Assembly (NCBI RefSeq): GCF_036321535.1
Contig: NC_087436.1
Span: 103,976,001 to 104,040,000 of the forward strand
DNA length: 64,000 bases
Direction: 5' to 3'
DNA from: Camelus dromedarius
Lineage: Eukaryota
Within the stretch, counting starts at the first letter, position 1. Each line of letters opens with the position of its first letter. Under the pieces are notes generated by a model. The model ran no database searches. It had not been told where the DNA came from and saw only the letters and a program-made list of their open reading frames with translations. Shown piece after piece: positions 29,672 to 42,100 of the stretch. The position numbers were made by a program, and so were the translations under genes.

Positions 29672-29689
29672 TGGTGGCAGCAGTGGGAT
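29672..29689 (+). promoter_or_regulatory. Primer binding site complementary to the tRNA-Leu 3' end
   Basis: tggtggcagcagtgggat versus the expected TGGTGGCAGCGGTGGGAT is 17/18, and the mismatch is a CpG decay. It lies 4 nt after the LTR. Confidence 0.85.
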
Positions 29690-30304
29690 CCAAAGGAAAT
29701 TTCTGATGGCTTCAGGTACAACAAGAAACACAGGCACTGGTACCTGCAAACCCTTTTGAGTTCTCTTTCTCACTATTTCCAAGAGCTGTGGGTGAGCTCC
29801 TCTCAGTTCTAGATCTGCTCTCTTTGCACTGAGCTACCAATCTGATAGGCCTTCCAGTTTAGAGAAGGTCAACTTGAGCTAGCAGATGGTTGGTTCCACC
29901 TGGAACTCAAACTCCAGGCCCTTGGTTCAGTCCCCAGATTATACACTGTAAACTGCCAGTGGTGCCTACAAGGCCTTCTCTTCGCCAGGTTACCACTGGT
30001 CTCTTGTTAATGTGAACATGAAGCTGACGCTAATGGTAATCTCAAAAGCCAAAGCCACGAAATTGGGGGTCATGAGTTAAGTACTTAAAGACTGTTAGAG
30101 CAGTCACACCTAACTCTAGACTCTTGTGTTAAATTTTTAAGTTCATCACAGAACTGGTTTGACTGGGTCACTTGCCAACCTCAAGAAAATTTCCATGCAG
30201 TGAGGTACACCATAAAACACCACATGAGCCCCAACCCAACAGCATATCCCCCTTAAGTTTGAATTTGATTCCATGAGGCAGTGATCCAATGCTTAGCTGA
30301 AGAA

Positions 30305-31659
30305 ATGGGATCCTTAAGTTCCACAGAGTTGAGCATGCCACTTTCTGGCATACCTGCTCATTTTATGTCTAAGAACTGTGGTCCCAGAAGTTGTAAATAT
30401 GAACAAAAACGGCAAAATTTTACTAAAGACAACCTAGAATTACAATGGCTATTATGGGGAACACTCCAATCAGGTAAGAACACTCATTTAAGAACTACAC
30501 TTGAAAGCAAGGGTGCCCAAATCAAACAAACAGGATAGGGTATCTATTTTAATTCATATGCAAAAGCCTCCGAAAGGTTTAAAGATTCCAAAATAGCTTC
30601 ACTGAAAGATCTGTTGCAAAAAATCTATGAAAAATTATATACACAAGTGGTACCTAAAACAGACAGTAAGACTGACATGAGTCTTACCGCTCCCTTTTAT
30701 TCTCCTTGTCCTGAGTACTCAGGAAATTGCCTTTCCACTCTGAAAAGACTATTAAACAGTTACTCTTTAAAATAAGGCCACCCGAGGCTGGAGGCAATCC
30801 TCTTCAAGAAACTTTCACTCCTTGGTCAAAGACCAAACTAAGGGCCATAGTTAAAGAATTTACTAAACTCAAGGGGATATCTCCAAAAGTTTTCTGAAGA
30901 ATTTAGAATTCTATGACCCCGGTGCTGCCAGGTCTTTATCGACTTGTGCACGTGCTGGTAGGACCTGGTAAAGTCCAAAAATGCATGCATGAAGGAGAAT
31001 GGCATAACCTCGAGGATGATTTCCGAGATCCTCAATCTCCAACTTGGTCCTCTCCTCCATAGAACAGAAAAAGCTCACAAAACAGCGATCGATCCTTTAA
31101 AAGCTATTCCTAGTCTTCCCTGCCTGCACTGATCAGTCTATTATTCTCACATGCAAACAGAAGAAAGATGAATCTGCGGCAGATGTGAAAGCCCATCTGA
31201 AAGCTCTCTTCCTACAGTATTCTGGGTTTCATACAGTAAATGATGTCACCTAACCTGCTCTAGCTGCCCTATTTGTAAATGGAGTATTCCCTGAGATTAG
31301 TGGATTCATAAAAAGGCAGAAAATAGGATGGGAAGCCACCAGTCTGACTGAACTCAAAACTATAGCTGGACACTTTAAAAAAAACTTTGAAACAAAAGTC
31401 CACCAAGCTATTAGCCTTACAGCTACAATAGCTCCAAAGCCAGAACCCAAAATAACATCTGAGCCTCCCCTGTTGTACACTCCTAGGGGGTCCATCATCA
31501 AAATGCAGGCCCAGTAATCAATGTCTCATTTGCAACCAACTGGGACACTGGAAAAAAGACTGTCCTCAAAGATCTTATGCAAATCCTTCAACATCGACTT
31601 CAATGCCCCCACATATATCCCTGCAGGAGGGCCCCCATACGGACCCCTCCTAGGACTGA
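30305..31659 (+). pseudogene. gag: ERV gag (disrupted)
   Basis: Starts MGSLSS and has a matrix-like LQWLLWGT. There is a single zinc knuckle CLICNQLGHWKKDC at 31522-31563, and it ends tag gac tga. It carries many stops and frameshifts. Confidence 0.88.
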
Positions 31660-34600
31660 CGAGACTCCAAGGAACTCTCCAGTAAACTGCTACCATTAAT
31701 TCCCATAGACAGCCACAGGAAAACTAAAATTCAAATTGATGGAAAACCTTTCCAAATTCTGGTAGATCCTGGAGCTACACTCTCTACTTTAAACCCCACT
31801 CCCAGAGAAGAACAAATCACTCAGAGTAAAAAAAATTTCTGTAGTCGGGGTATGTAATGAACAGTGTTTCTATCTCAACCAGTGAGACAGGATGGAAGGG
31901 GGCAGGGCACAGCCATTCAAGAAATGCTACAGCAATTAACATCAAAATGGTGAAAGATTCAACCCCCGGTAGGCCTTGAGGCTCAGGATGATGAGATATT
32001 TAACTTCTAGTAGATCTTGAGCTTCATCATACACCCATTGTAATATATTAACATGGTGAATAACACACCCACAGGCACCACGGCAATCCCAAGGCTAGCC
32101 ACAAAAGGTAGAAGAGTGGAAAATGGCCAAATTCCTGGGAATCCCAGCCCCTTTCCCAGGCTACTTAGACTGGTCCTTCCACTTATTAGCATATGAAGCC
32201 ACCAAGCCCATAAAAACCAGCAACACGGTGCCTCGAGGCTGCCCCTCTCTCTCCGTCTTCAGAGACAGCCCACATTCTGTCTAGGAAGTGTGTATCTACT
32301 TTTAATCTGAGCACCCAAACCCCACACCTCATGGCCTTTCTCTTGCCTTTCACTGTATCTGTCTGAATAAACCTACCTTCATTCAACTGTGGCTCGCTCT
32401 TGAATTCTTTCCTGCGGAAGCCAAGGACCCACACTTGGCGGGGCACGCCCCAGGGGCTCAACCGAGACCTGGGACTCGGCCCTACGCATGTCCCACATCT
32501 GTTCTCCTGCATCACCAGTACAAATGACTCTGAGACCTTCCCCTGAAAAACTTCCCTTTTTGCTATGTGATACAGCTCCAGTTAATCTTTCAGTAAAAAA
32601 ATCCGCTTTCTAAATTAAAAGGGCTAATACGTTTTGCCTCCAATGGAGACCTCACCTTAGAATTTCCTGACCAATCTGAACCTGATTTTTTATGTTCTTT
32701 ACAATTTGTCCTTGATACAGAAGAGTAAGAATTCCAGCAAAAGATCCCTAATTTAATCAAGGTACCCAACAATCTGTGGGCTACCTCTAATACTGTCATC
32801 AGAAGAGTAAAAGCATAGAACCTATAAAAATTCAGATATACATATATCTAAACCTTTTTCTAAATTGCCTCAACATCCACTAAAGCCCAAGGCCATATAA
32901 GGCCTCACACCAATAGAAGACCTAATCATGCAAGGGTTAATCTTTAAGGATGGCGATTTGTCCACAGCTTAAGTGCTATTAACAAGACAGCTCTTCCTCA
33001 TTTCCCAGTTGTTCCAAACTCAAACAACCTTCTGTCGCAAATTCCACCTGACTCAAAATGGTTCACTGCTATGGATCTATGTTCAGCCTTCTTCAGCATC
33101 CCTGTAGACTCCACTCCGACAGCCAAACCTATTTGTTTCCACTTGGAACAATCAACAATATACCTGGATAGGTAAGCCTCAAGGATTCACTGAAGCCCTT
33201 TCTTACTTCTCCTAAATGCTCCACCAAGATGTACCCTCCAGTTCACCAGGAAATGAATCCTTCTACAGTACGTGGATAACCCTTTGCTATGCAAAACAGC
33301 ATCCATAAAAAATTCCATTAATTTGCTGTAACAGTTCACTGAAAACAGAAATATACAGTCTTTGAGGAAAAATTATAATTATCTTGAGACCCTGTTCATT
33401 ACCTAGGTCATAATCTAAACACTAGGAGTCCAGTTATCTCCAAAAAGAGTTAAACTAATCTAAAAATTTTGTAGGCCTACAACTAAGCAACAGCTTCATG
33501 GGTTCCTAGGCCTGCCTGGCTGTTGTAGACTACAGGTTCCTAATTTTTCTCTATTAGCTCTCCCACTCTGAATTTACTAAAATTTAGTCCCTGAACCCCT
33601 ACTCTGGGATGATAAACCTGAGTAGGCCTCTATAAGACTAAAACAAGTGCTGCAAGAACCACCTGCCCAAGGGCTACCTAACGATGCAAAGCCTTTCACC
33701 TTATTTGTACATGAACAATGTAACCAAGCCCTGGGAATGCTCATGCAAGACCATGGTAATAAACACAGGCCCACGGCCTATTACAGCATCCAACTTGCTT
33801 CAGCTGTCTGTGTCTAGCCCAACTGCCTTAAGGCTATAGCTGCAGCTGCAAACTTAGTAGAAGCCTCAGCAGATTTAATCCTAGGAAATGACATTTATTT
33901 ACAAACTCTACATCCTGTCCAAAATCTTCTTAATTCTGAATTGACTCAGCAATTCTCTTCAAACAGACTAACTTCTTATGAGCTCTTTCACCACCTTAAT
34001 CTGTACGTTGAACACTGCAGTGTTCTTAACTGTTGTTACTACCTCCGCCTGATAAAGGCGGAACCCACGCCCGCAAGACAACAACACTCCATTTCGTGAC
34101 ACCAATTTACTAGATGCCCCTTTGACTAATACTGATCTAATCTTGTTTGTTGATGGGTCATACTACACAAATGAAAATGGGAATTTCCCAGCTGGCTAAG
34201 TTGTTACTATTCAAGACGAACTACTTGAGAGGGGAAATCTCCCACAAGCTAAGTTGGCCCAACAAGCAAAGCCCCATGCACTTACCAGAACATGCCAATT
34301 ATCAGAAGGACAGACTGTTAATATCTATACTGACAGCTGATGTGCTTTTGGGTCATCTATGATTTGGGGATGTCATGGAAACAAAGGGGTTTTCTTACAT
34401 CCATTAGGACTCCAACCAAAAATGGACAACAAATAAATGACGTTCTTGCTGCTGTTATCTCACCTTCTGAAACTATATCAAAATTGAGGCTCACACTGAA
34501 AGGATTGAACCTGACTATCAGGGAAATGCCCTAGATGACTTTCGTGCACAGGCAGCAGCAACAGAATCTGTAAAGGTGTGGCACATGTAGATAAAGTCCT

Positions 34601-35706
34601 TTCTGCTTCTGTAAAAACTGACCCCCTTGTTGCCAGACCTTTGTCATCCTAATGTCCTTGCAACATGGCAACAATGTGCTCCTGAATCAGAGAAACCATG
34701 ATGGGCAAATAATGGTTGTAAAGTAAATGAATAGCTGGGGTTACAGAAACACAAGATGGCCACTTGGTTCTTCCTGGCTCCCTTGCAAACCCCATATTCC
34801 AGTATTTGCATTCCTTTACCCACTGTGGTGCAATTAAGATGACTCAAATTATGAATACACATGAGTGAGGAGACTTCCATAAAACTGTTTACCACCAATG
34901 TCTGACCTGGCAAGTCTACATCCTGGGAAAACTGTTTTTGTTTCCAGAGGCCTCAAACCTCCTCCCTCTAGACCCTTTGAGCACCTACAACTGGACTTCA
35001 TTCAACTGTCACCTAGTATGGGTTAGCAATACGCTCTTGTTACTGTATGTATGTTCTCTGGATGGGATGAAGCCCTCCCTTGCCACAAGGCTAATGCCAT
35101 CACAGTGGCAAAGAAACTGTTAGAAAACCTGTTTCCCACTTCTGTATACCTTCCACAATCTCCAGTGATGCGGGCACTCACTTCACTGGGCAAATCATAC
35201 AAGCTTTAACAAAAACTCTGCAAAACTTGCTGAAACTACTGGATTCCCTTGGCCTAAGGGACTGCCTCTTGATCTTGCTGGCTGTTTGCAGTACTCCTTT
35301 TAGGAAACAAACTCATTCCACATGAGCTACTGGTATACAACTTTCTGCCAATCCCTTGTTATCATATGCTAATATGACCAACCACTGTAAGTCTTTCTTA
35401 TGCTAAAGCCTATCATCAACAGGTTAAAAAAGTTGTTCCCAGATCCCAATTCAAAGGATCCTGTTGGTCACAGTCTAGAGTTTGGTGATTAGATATTCTG
35501 GAAATGGCATCAAGATAGCCCTTGAGCCCCACTGGGAAGGACCTTACCAAGTGCTCCTGACCACTGACACTAACATGAAACTCGAAGGCATTAAAACTTG
35601 GGTACACATTTCACAGCTGAAGAAGGCTACATCTGACATCTGGTCCTGTGCAAACACTGGAGACCTCCAAACCAGACTGACTAGGAAGAGAAGTAACCAA
35701 CATTGA
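31660..35706 (+). pseudogene. pol: ERV pro-pol (disrupted; interrupted by a solo LTR)
   Basis: Protease LVDPGATLS (31759). RT motifs DLCSAFFSIP, PQGFTEA and LQYVDN (about 33070-33280). RNase H LFVDGS and NIYTDS. Integrase HLQLDFIQL and ISSDAGTHFTG, and the GPY/F-type WEGPYQVLLTT...WVHISQLK. Confidence 0.92.
31883..32514 (+). mobile_element. Younger solo LTR nested in the ERV protease region
   Basis: TG...CA ends, 4-bp TSD ccag (31879-31882 and 32515-32518), internal cataaaa and aataaa, and retained CpGs. It is unrelated in sequence to the host LTRs. Confidence 0.92.
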
Positions 35707-35760
35707 GGCAGAATGCTTCCACACAAGACACTGGATCAAGACCTCACACTTTAGCTAAAC

Positions 35761-37186
35761 ATGAAGCCTTTGTTTCTTCTCTTTCTTTCCTTTACTCTGG
35801 CATTGGTCTAGAAAGATAATGCCATCATCCATATCTCCCAGGCCACTGTTACGAGGGGTAACCTTTCATTCTCCTGGATTTCTTATCAGAAACTCCAATT
35901 TGTCCATGATGCTAGAGACCTCCTGGTGCTCCCTGTGACAAATTTTTCTTCTATTCCCAATGTCATCATAAACTATAAAAAATGAAGGAAGGGAGGGATG
36001 CAGGGAGGAAGGAAGGGAGGAACAAACTACAATCAAACCCTCTTAGAAGTCACTTACAGAGTCTGACTTTTATGGCCAGAACATCCACTGCTTTGTTTTA
36101 ACTTTTCTCCAATTGTAATTGTATTTATCCAATTAGACACAAATACCTACATAAACCTGGTACATTTGCACCCCCCCATTCTTATGCTTATATAAATTGG
36201 ATCCTACCCCAATTACAAAAGGATCTTACCAGCACCCGCATCTTTGTAAGGAATTTAGAACTTTTTTTCCTTCGGGCTAGATTTACTTCCCAAATGCACT
36301 GAAAACCTAACTGACCCATGGCTTGAACTGGCAAGTGCAATAATCCCTGTGAATGAATCCATTAACAGGACCATCTCAGCGGGAGTGGTCTGTGCCCCAA
36401 CAGGAATCATCTTTGTCTGTGGTGGCTATCATTCTCCTCGGACCTATGAATGCCTAGATGGCTGGCAATGCCTCTTAGGTGATCTAACTGTACCCTTGAC
36501 TGCCCACAATCAAAGTGAGACACCTCATTGGTCAACTCCCATGAATTTACATCATCAAGTTAGAAGGGACCTAAGAGGAGGCACTCATGATTCAGGATTC
36601 ACTTCCTGTGGCAGGTTCATACTTCCCTGGTTAGGAGTGAGTACAAATGAGGCTATGATCAGGAACCTGTCCTTAACTCTTGAAGATAAAACAGAATATG
36701 CTGCAAAAGCAATAGCTGCCCCACAAATATCCTTAACTTCTTGGTAATGGGGTAGCTCTTGATTATCTTTTAGCTGAGCAAGAAGGTGTCTGTGTTGTGA
36801 CCAAAACCAGCTGCTACACCTGAATTAACACTTCCAGGGAAGCTGAAACTCAGCTACGTAAGATCACTAAATAAGCCACTTGGCTTAAGAAAGTGACTTC
36901 TTTAGCAGGCTCTTTCTTTGACTTATTTGATTTAATTGGTTTCAGGTCTTGGGGAATAATCGTAACAGTCTCCCTGGTATGCTGTATTCTCAAAAAAGCT
37001 TTAAGTGCATGTCTGCAGTCACTAACCAACAAGCAAATGATCTCCGTAAGACTGGAACTTCAGAGAAGGAACAAAGAGAATGGCCTACTTAAAAAATGTG
37101 AACCAGAAGTCATGACCTGTGAATACCACACAGAGGATCAGCAAAAACTGCAAGAATTTGAGAGCATTAGCAGGCAGTTGCACTAA
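35761..37186 (+). pseudogene. env: ERV env (disrupted), gamma-type TM
   Basis: Signal-like MKPLFLLFLSFTLAL, GNLSFSWIS (decayed CWIC), cleavage-like QVRR, immunosuppressive-like ALDYLLAEQEGVC and CVVTKTSCY (decayed CX6CC). A hydrophobic stretch lies near 36950-36990. Confidence 0.88.
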
Positions 37187-37229
37187 TGCCTTAAGTTTTC
37201 ATCATATCTCTTAGGCCAAGAGTCTGATC

Positions 37230-37242
37230 AAAAGGGGGCGAT
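37230..37242 (+). promoter_or_regulatory. Polypurine tract
   Basis: aaaagggggcgat lies immediately before the 3' LTR. Confidence 0.85.
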
Positions 37243-37620
37243 TGTTAAAAATAAGACAATAAGCCCATAATGGAGTCACTTTTGCTAAGCCCCACATCAG
37301 CAAACCAAGACTTAATACTTAAATTAGTTTCAGCCTCTCCCAGGAATGGAATCTCAAAACAGTTAAGCAGGAATTATCTAGTCAGCACTACTGAGGTAAT
37401 CGGTCAGATAGGCCCCTAATGTCCCCTAAAGGAAGCTGACCTTGAGACAACCAATCTGCTTCCGTGTTCTGCACCTTTCTGCCTATAAAAGTCTTTCATT
37501 TTGTACAGCTCCTCAGAGCTCCTTTCTACCTACTAAATGGGATGCTGCCCAATTCATGAATCACTGGACAAAGCCAAGAAGATCTTTAAAATGTACTCAG
37601 TTGAATTTTGGCTTTTAACA
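37243..37620 (+). repeat. ERV 3' LTR
   Basis: Runs tgttaaaa...ttttaaca with perfect terminal inverted ends and a tataaaa at about 37484. Confidence 0.93.
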
Positions 37621-38327
37621 ACTGTAACTGATAAACCATTTTAAGCATTTTCAGAATGAAAGTAAAATAGTCCTTCAGTTTTAAAATGTTCTTTTTATCA
37701 GTTGTGCTTTACTAGCCTTATAGTTTTAGCCCTCCAGACCTAATAACATTACAAAAAGGCCAAGGGAACAGTAAAAAGCAAGTCATCAACCCTTGATAGT
37801 ACCAATACTAGGTCATGAGGAATATCAAGCCAGGCCAGACCCAGCAAGGCCAGGACAGAAAGTCTAAATGAAATAATTAACAGGTGAAAATAGTAATCTT
37901 TAGGGCAAGGTAAGGTGGATCCTCCAGGCAAACTTAAGGTAACACTCAAAACATTAAGTCAATAGGATTCAAACCAAAAAGAGGGAATGAGGAGGTACAA
38001 GGTCCTAGTGAAAGAGCTGACATCAATATCTAGAGGTTTCCAACTAAAATTAGGTTATTAACAGAAACACAGTTCAAGAATGGACATAGGGAGGTTCTTT
38101 CAGTGCCCAGAGCTCAAAGCTGATCACAAGTTTTTAAAAAACAACAACAACAAAAGAAAAACTAACTTGGAACTGTGTCTCAACATTTTCTGGAGAGTGA
38201 ACAGGAACTAGGATCCTGGGCTCTAACCCAGTTCTCCTTACATACACTATGTGACCTAAGAACACAATCTCTCTAAACCTCAGGCTCCTCATCTACAAAG
38301 AGGGATACCACCTGTCTTGCCTATCTC

Positions 38328-38356
<29 letters not shown>
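38328..38356. repeat. Poly(A)29 inside a MIR-like fragment
   Basis: Seen directly. The flanks resemble MIR (tgtgacc...ctctctaaacctcag...ctcatctacaaa). Confidence 0.85.
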
Positions 38357-38359
<3 letters not shown>

Positions 38360-39014
38360 TGAAGATAATGTGAGACAATATAAATGCTTTATAAGCCATG
38401 ATGTTGTAGTTGACATATGGTGGGGTTACCTGAGGATAAGAACAATTTACCTTACATGTCCCTGATATGGCACAATACCTTAAGACCACACAAAAGGTTT
38501 CTAGAGCAAAACAATCTTCTGAAGACCATGTGGTTAGTGACTGCAGCACTAAGTCCTGGGAGAAACTCTAACAGGCCGAACACTAGATAGGTCAACAGGG
38601 AAATCAAACTATTATACAAAATTCTTCAGATATGAAAATCAGGGAAAGCCAGTAAACTTACTACTAAAAAAATTATAAAAATCAATAAAAGGGTCAGTGA
38701 GTATTATTTTAAGTTAATATGGAAAATACTGTTAAGTTATATTATTTCTAAAGAATAGAGAGACAAAAAAATCACTTAACTCTAAGAAAAAGGAATAGAA
38801 AAATGCCTGAGTTATGTTACTAAAAAACAAACTATACTGCATAGAAAGACTTAAGACAATAAACTAAACTGAAATAGATCCAACCAAGCTTACTGACAGA
38901 ATAAACCTTAGCACAAACTTAGATCAACTGAGTAACTTAGCAAAGTAGCAAAACACAGACAAAGGTGAGCCGTACAATAGAAAGCAGACTGTGATAAGAC
39001 ATAGCAAGGTAAAG

Positions 39015-39132
39015 GTACAGCCCCATTTGCCTGGGACACTCCTCATTTACACCTGTTGTGCTGGTGTAGTTACTAACAGCACCCTCTTTCACTAGTATTC
39101 CAGTTTGGATGATGAATTACATGGTCATCCTA
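39015..39132. mobile_element. MER96-like DNA transposon fragment
   Basis: tttgcctgggac...ccagtttggatgatgaattacatggtcatccta. Confidence 0.5.
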
Positions 39133-42100
39133 TCTATAATAATAATATAGGGCAGATAGAGTTAATGTTACAGTAAAGGTACAGTTTTATTTAATTCATT
39201 TGTGAAATGGGAATAAACAGATTCTGTACCCATCTGAACTCAGATTTTTTTAGAATATGAGACAATATGTGAAGTGTGCTAAACTCTCAAAAAATAAAAA
39301 CTACATAAAGGCAATGCCATGCTGTGATCCTGCAAGTGTCCAGGAAAGGAGGGGGAGGAGAGGAGCAGGACTGGCAGTACGGTCAGACTGGAACTGAAGG
39401 AGTACAGATGCAGGCCGTGATGTGCCCTCCCGCTCCTCTGCCCCCTTCCAGTCTGTAACAGTATTCAACATGAAACTCTTGTTAAGGTGAATTAAAAATT
39501 AATGGAACAGGAATGGGAAACAATTTTTTAAATGAAAGTATAATTATCGGATGCCATGACTAAGGGAAGCAAAATAATTTGGAGGAAGGGGCTAAAATAT
39601 TTACCAGTTGTAGCAAGGGTTATGGTAACTCCCAGAAAGAGGCAAGAAGTCCTGGGTTGAATGTTTCAAGGCCATAAAATAACTTCAGCAGTTTTTGGCT
39701 CTTTACAGACAGATCTCATACCATAGATCATTCATTCAGTTTATAAACTGGCTGATTTAAGAGCATTTATTTGCCATTTGAAACCATCTTTCCAGAGATA
39801 CTGTTGTGGTATTTAAGTTCCTACAACAAATACCTATTTAGTCCAGCTGTAACTGAACTGTATAGCACCAATGGTGTTTTTCAAATGTCCTGTGACTAAG
39901 GAAGCATCAGGAAGACAGAACCCATTATAATAAATCAGAGATTCAAGGGGTAGAGGTGAGACAGTCTGGATGGTAAGAAAAGATAAGGTCTTCTGGTTTC
40001 TATGGTGGTTGCTTTCAAAGAGAAGGAGATACATGAATTAAAACACTCTGGGAGAATTAGTTCTTATCAAATATCATAAAGAGAAAGATAACAGCAGCAG
40101 CTGGTAAGTGAACTGGAAAAGTAAGATAGAGGAGGAGGTCCAGTAACTAGGTACTATAATTGTCAAGGCAAGACATAAGAGCCCAAGTACACGACTAAAT
40201 AAATGCGGAAGAAGGTTAGAAAATTTAGAACTTAACAAATATTCTAGTTACATTTATATAGTTATAAAATGAAATTTTCTTAAAATCTGTCTCAATAATT
40301 TATACAGTGGTTCTTAACCTTTCTAGTCTACAGAACCATCTTTTAACAAAAGCAAAGAATCCTCTCCCCAGAAAAATATACACACAGCCCTGCTTTATAG
40401 TAATTGCACGTCCATGACTTCCTGTAGAACATACTAAGAAATTTTTAAGGTGGAACTTAGGCCAAAGTGAAACCACGAAGTCCAGGGACAGGAAATCATG
40501 TCTTCTGCAAGACATCACAGTAGCCAAATATAGTGCCTAAGATTATAAAAACTGTTACAAAAGTACAGTGCAAAAACAACAGTAAATTTATTAAAGTTCA
40601 AACTGGGCATCAGAATCATGGAAGGACTTGCTAAAACACAGACTTCTGGGTCCTACCCCAAAGTTTCTGATTCAGTAAGGCTGAGAATTCGCATTTCTAA
40701 CAAGTTGCTCCTTGTCCCAGGAGCATACTTTGATTTAATCCTCAGAGCAATCTTTCAAACAGAACAACTTCTTTTTCATCAACTTCTCTCCCTTGAGGCC
40801 CAAAGATTTGGCTGCAGTGATCCACTTTGTCCTGTGGGTTCACTGCCTTTCTTCCCTCATTCTGTAAGCTAAATGCAAAAGTAGAAGAGTGCCCCTACCT
40901 TTTCTCTGCCTTGCTTCCAAAACTCATATACAGCCTCCGTATTATTTTGAATAGCTCAAGCTGCCGTTAAGAACAAGTGAACAGAGAAGAGGTAAGCAAA
41001 GTGACAGATATTCATGCTTAACAGAATTTGATGTGTTGTAGTATATCAAAATACTATGCACACATCCCAAGAGATGACTTCCTCCTAGATAAGAGAAGGG
41101 TGTTTCTTCCACAGGCTCCTTTATTAAAAGCCATTACTTCTGCAAGCTCTACAGATAAATAATTTGACACATTCCAAATAAAAATTAAATTTAAAAATCA
41201 ATGGAATTTGCAGCTAAAATAAAAAATCATAGGCAAAGTTACAGAAAAAGATATTTTTCAAAGGAAGAAATAAAATGTAGATTTTAATCATTTCTTCTCT
41301 TATCAAAATGTTCCTAAAGTTTCTGCCTCAGTTATTCCCTGACTTTTTTTCTAAATTAGTATAAGTGAGTGTGACCTTTGCTCCATTCTTACAATACCAT
41401 TTCTTACAAGAATCACAGTATCATAGCTAATTTCAGTCATGAAAACCAGAGTGATCACCGTAAGAGTATCAGTAACTGATCTGCTACATAGTTAAGAGAA
41501 CTGTATCCAGGGAACAGCAGAAAGTAGGGAAGAATAAATATTAACATTATCAGTGTCTCTGGAACTTGCTTTTTTGAAAAAGTCTCACAGTTCTCATAAA
41601 AATGGAGTGAAGCCTATGTGAATGAAAACAGACCTTGCTTTATAATTCATTACTACAGTGGTCTCCATATTCGGTTGCCCAGACAATCTAGTCCAACTGA
41701 ATTGGAAAAGTAAGGTGGAGAAATTTCCATTTACATTGAATTTTATCTCACTTTTAATGTATATTTTCGTGGTCACTTTAAAAAGACACAACTGGTATAA
41801 TGGCATGCATGTATATAGAGTAAAAACATTTTTATGTACACATAATACTTATATACAGCTATTTTTATAGATTGTGTCAGGGAGGGCATAATGATGGAGA
41901 TTAATGATATACATTAAAATAGAAAAGCAACACAGACTAGAAATCAAGAACATGGGTTCAAGTCTATTCCATCATTAATAAAGTGGCAACCTTGGGCACA
42001 CTGCCTAACCTCCCTAAGCCTAGCTCCTTATTTGCAAATAAGATAATTACGGTATTTTGGGGGGCTCATAAATTTGCTACAAGGAGTCCATACCATGGTG

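Larger units (their letters stand above)
29272..37620 (+). mobile_element. Near full-length decayed class I (gamma-like) endogenous retrovirus, antisense to STIM2
   Basis: Paired LTRs, 4-bp TSD actg (29268-29271 and 37621-37624), PBS, PPT, and gag-pro-pol-env motifs in the expected order. Confidence 0.95.

Noticed and set aside
36349..37186. Domesticated syncytin-like env
   Set aside because: An early stop, frameshifts and decayed CXXC, cleavage and CX6CC motifs rule out an intact protein.
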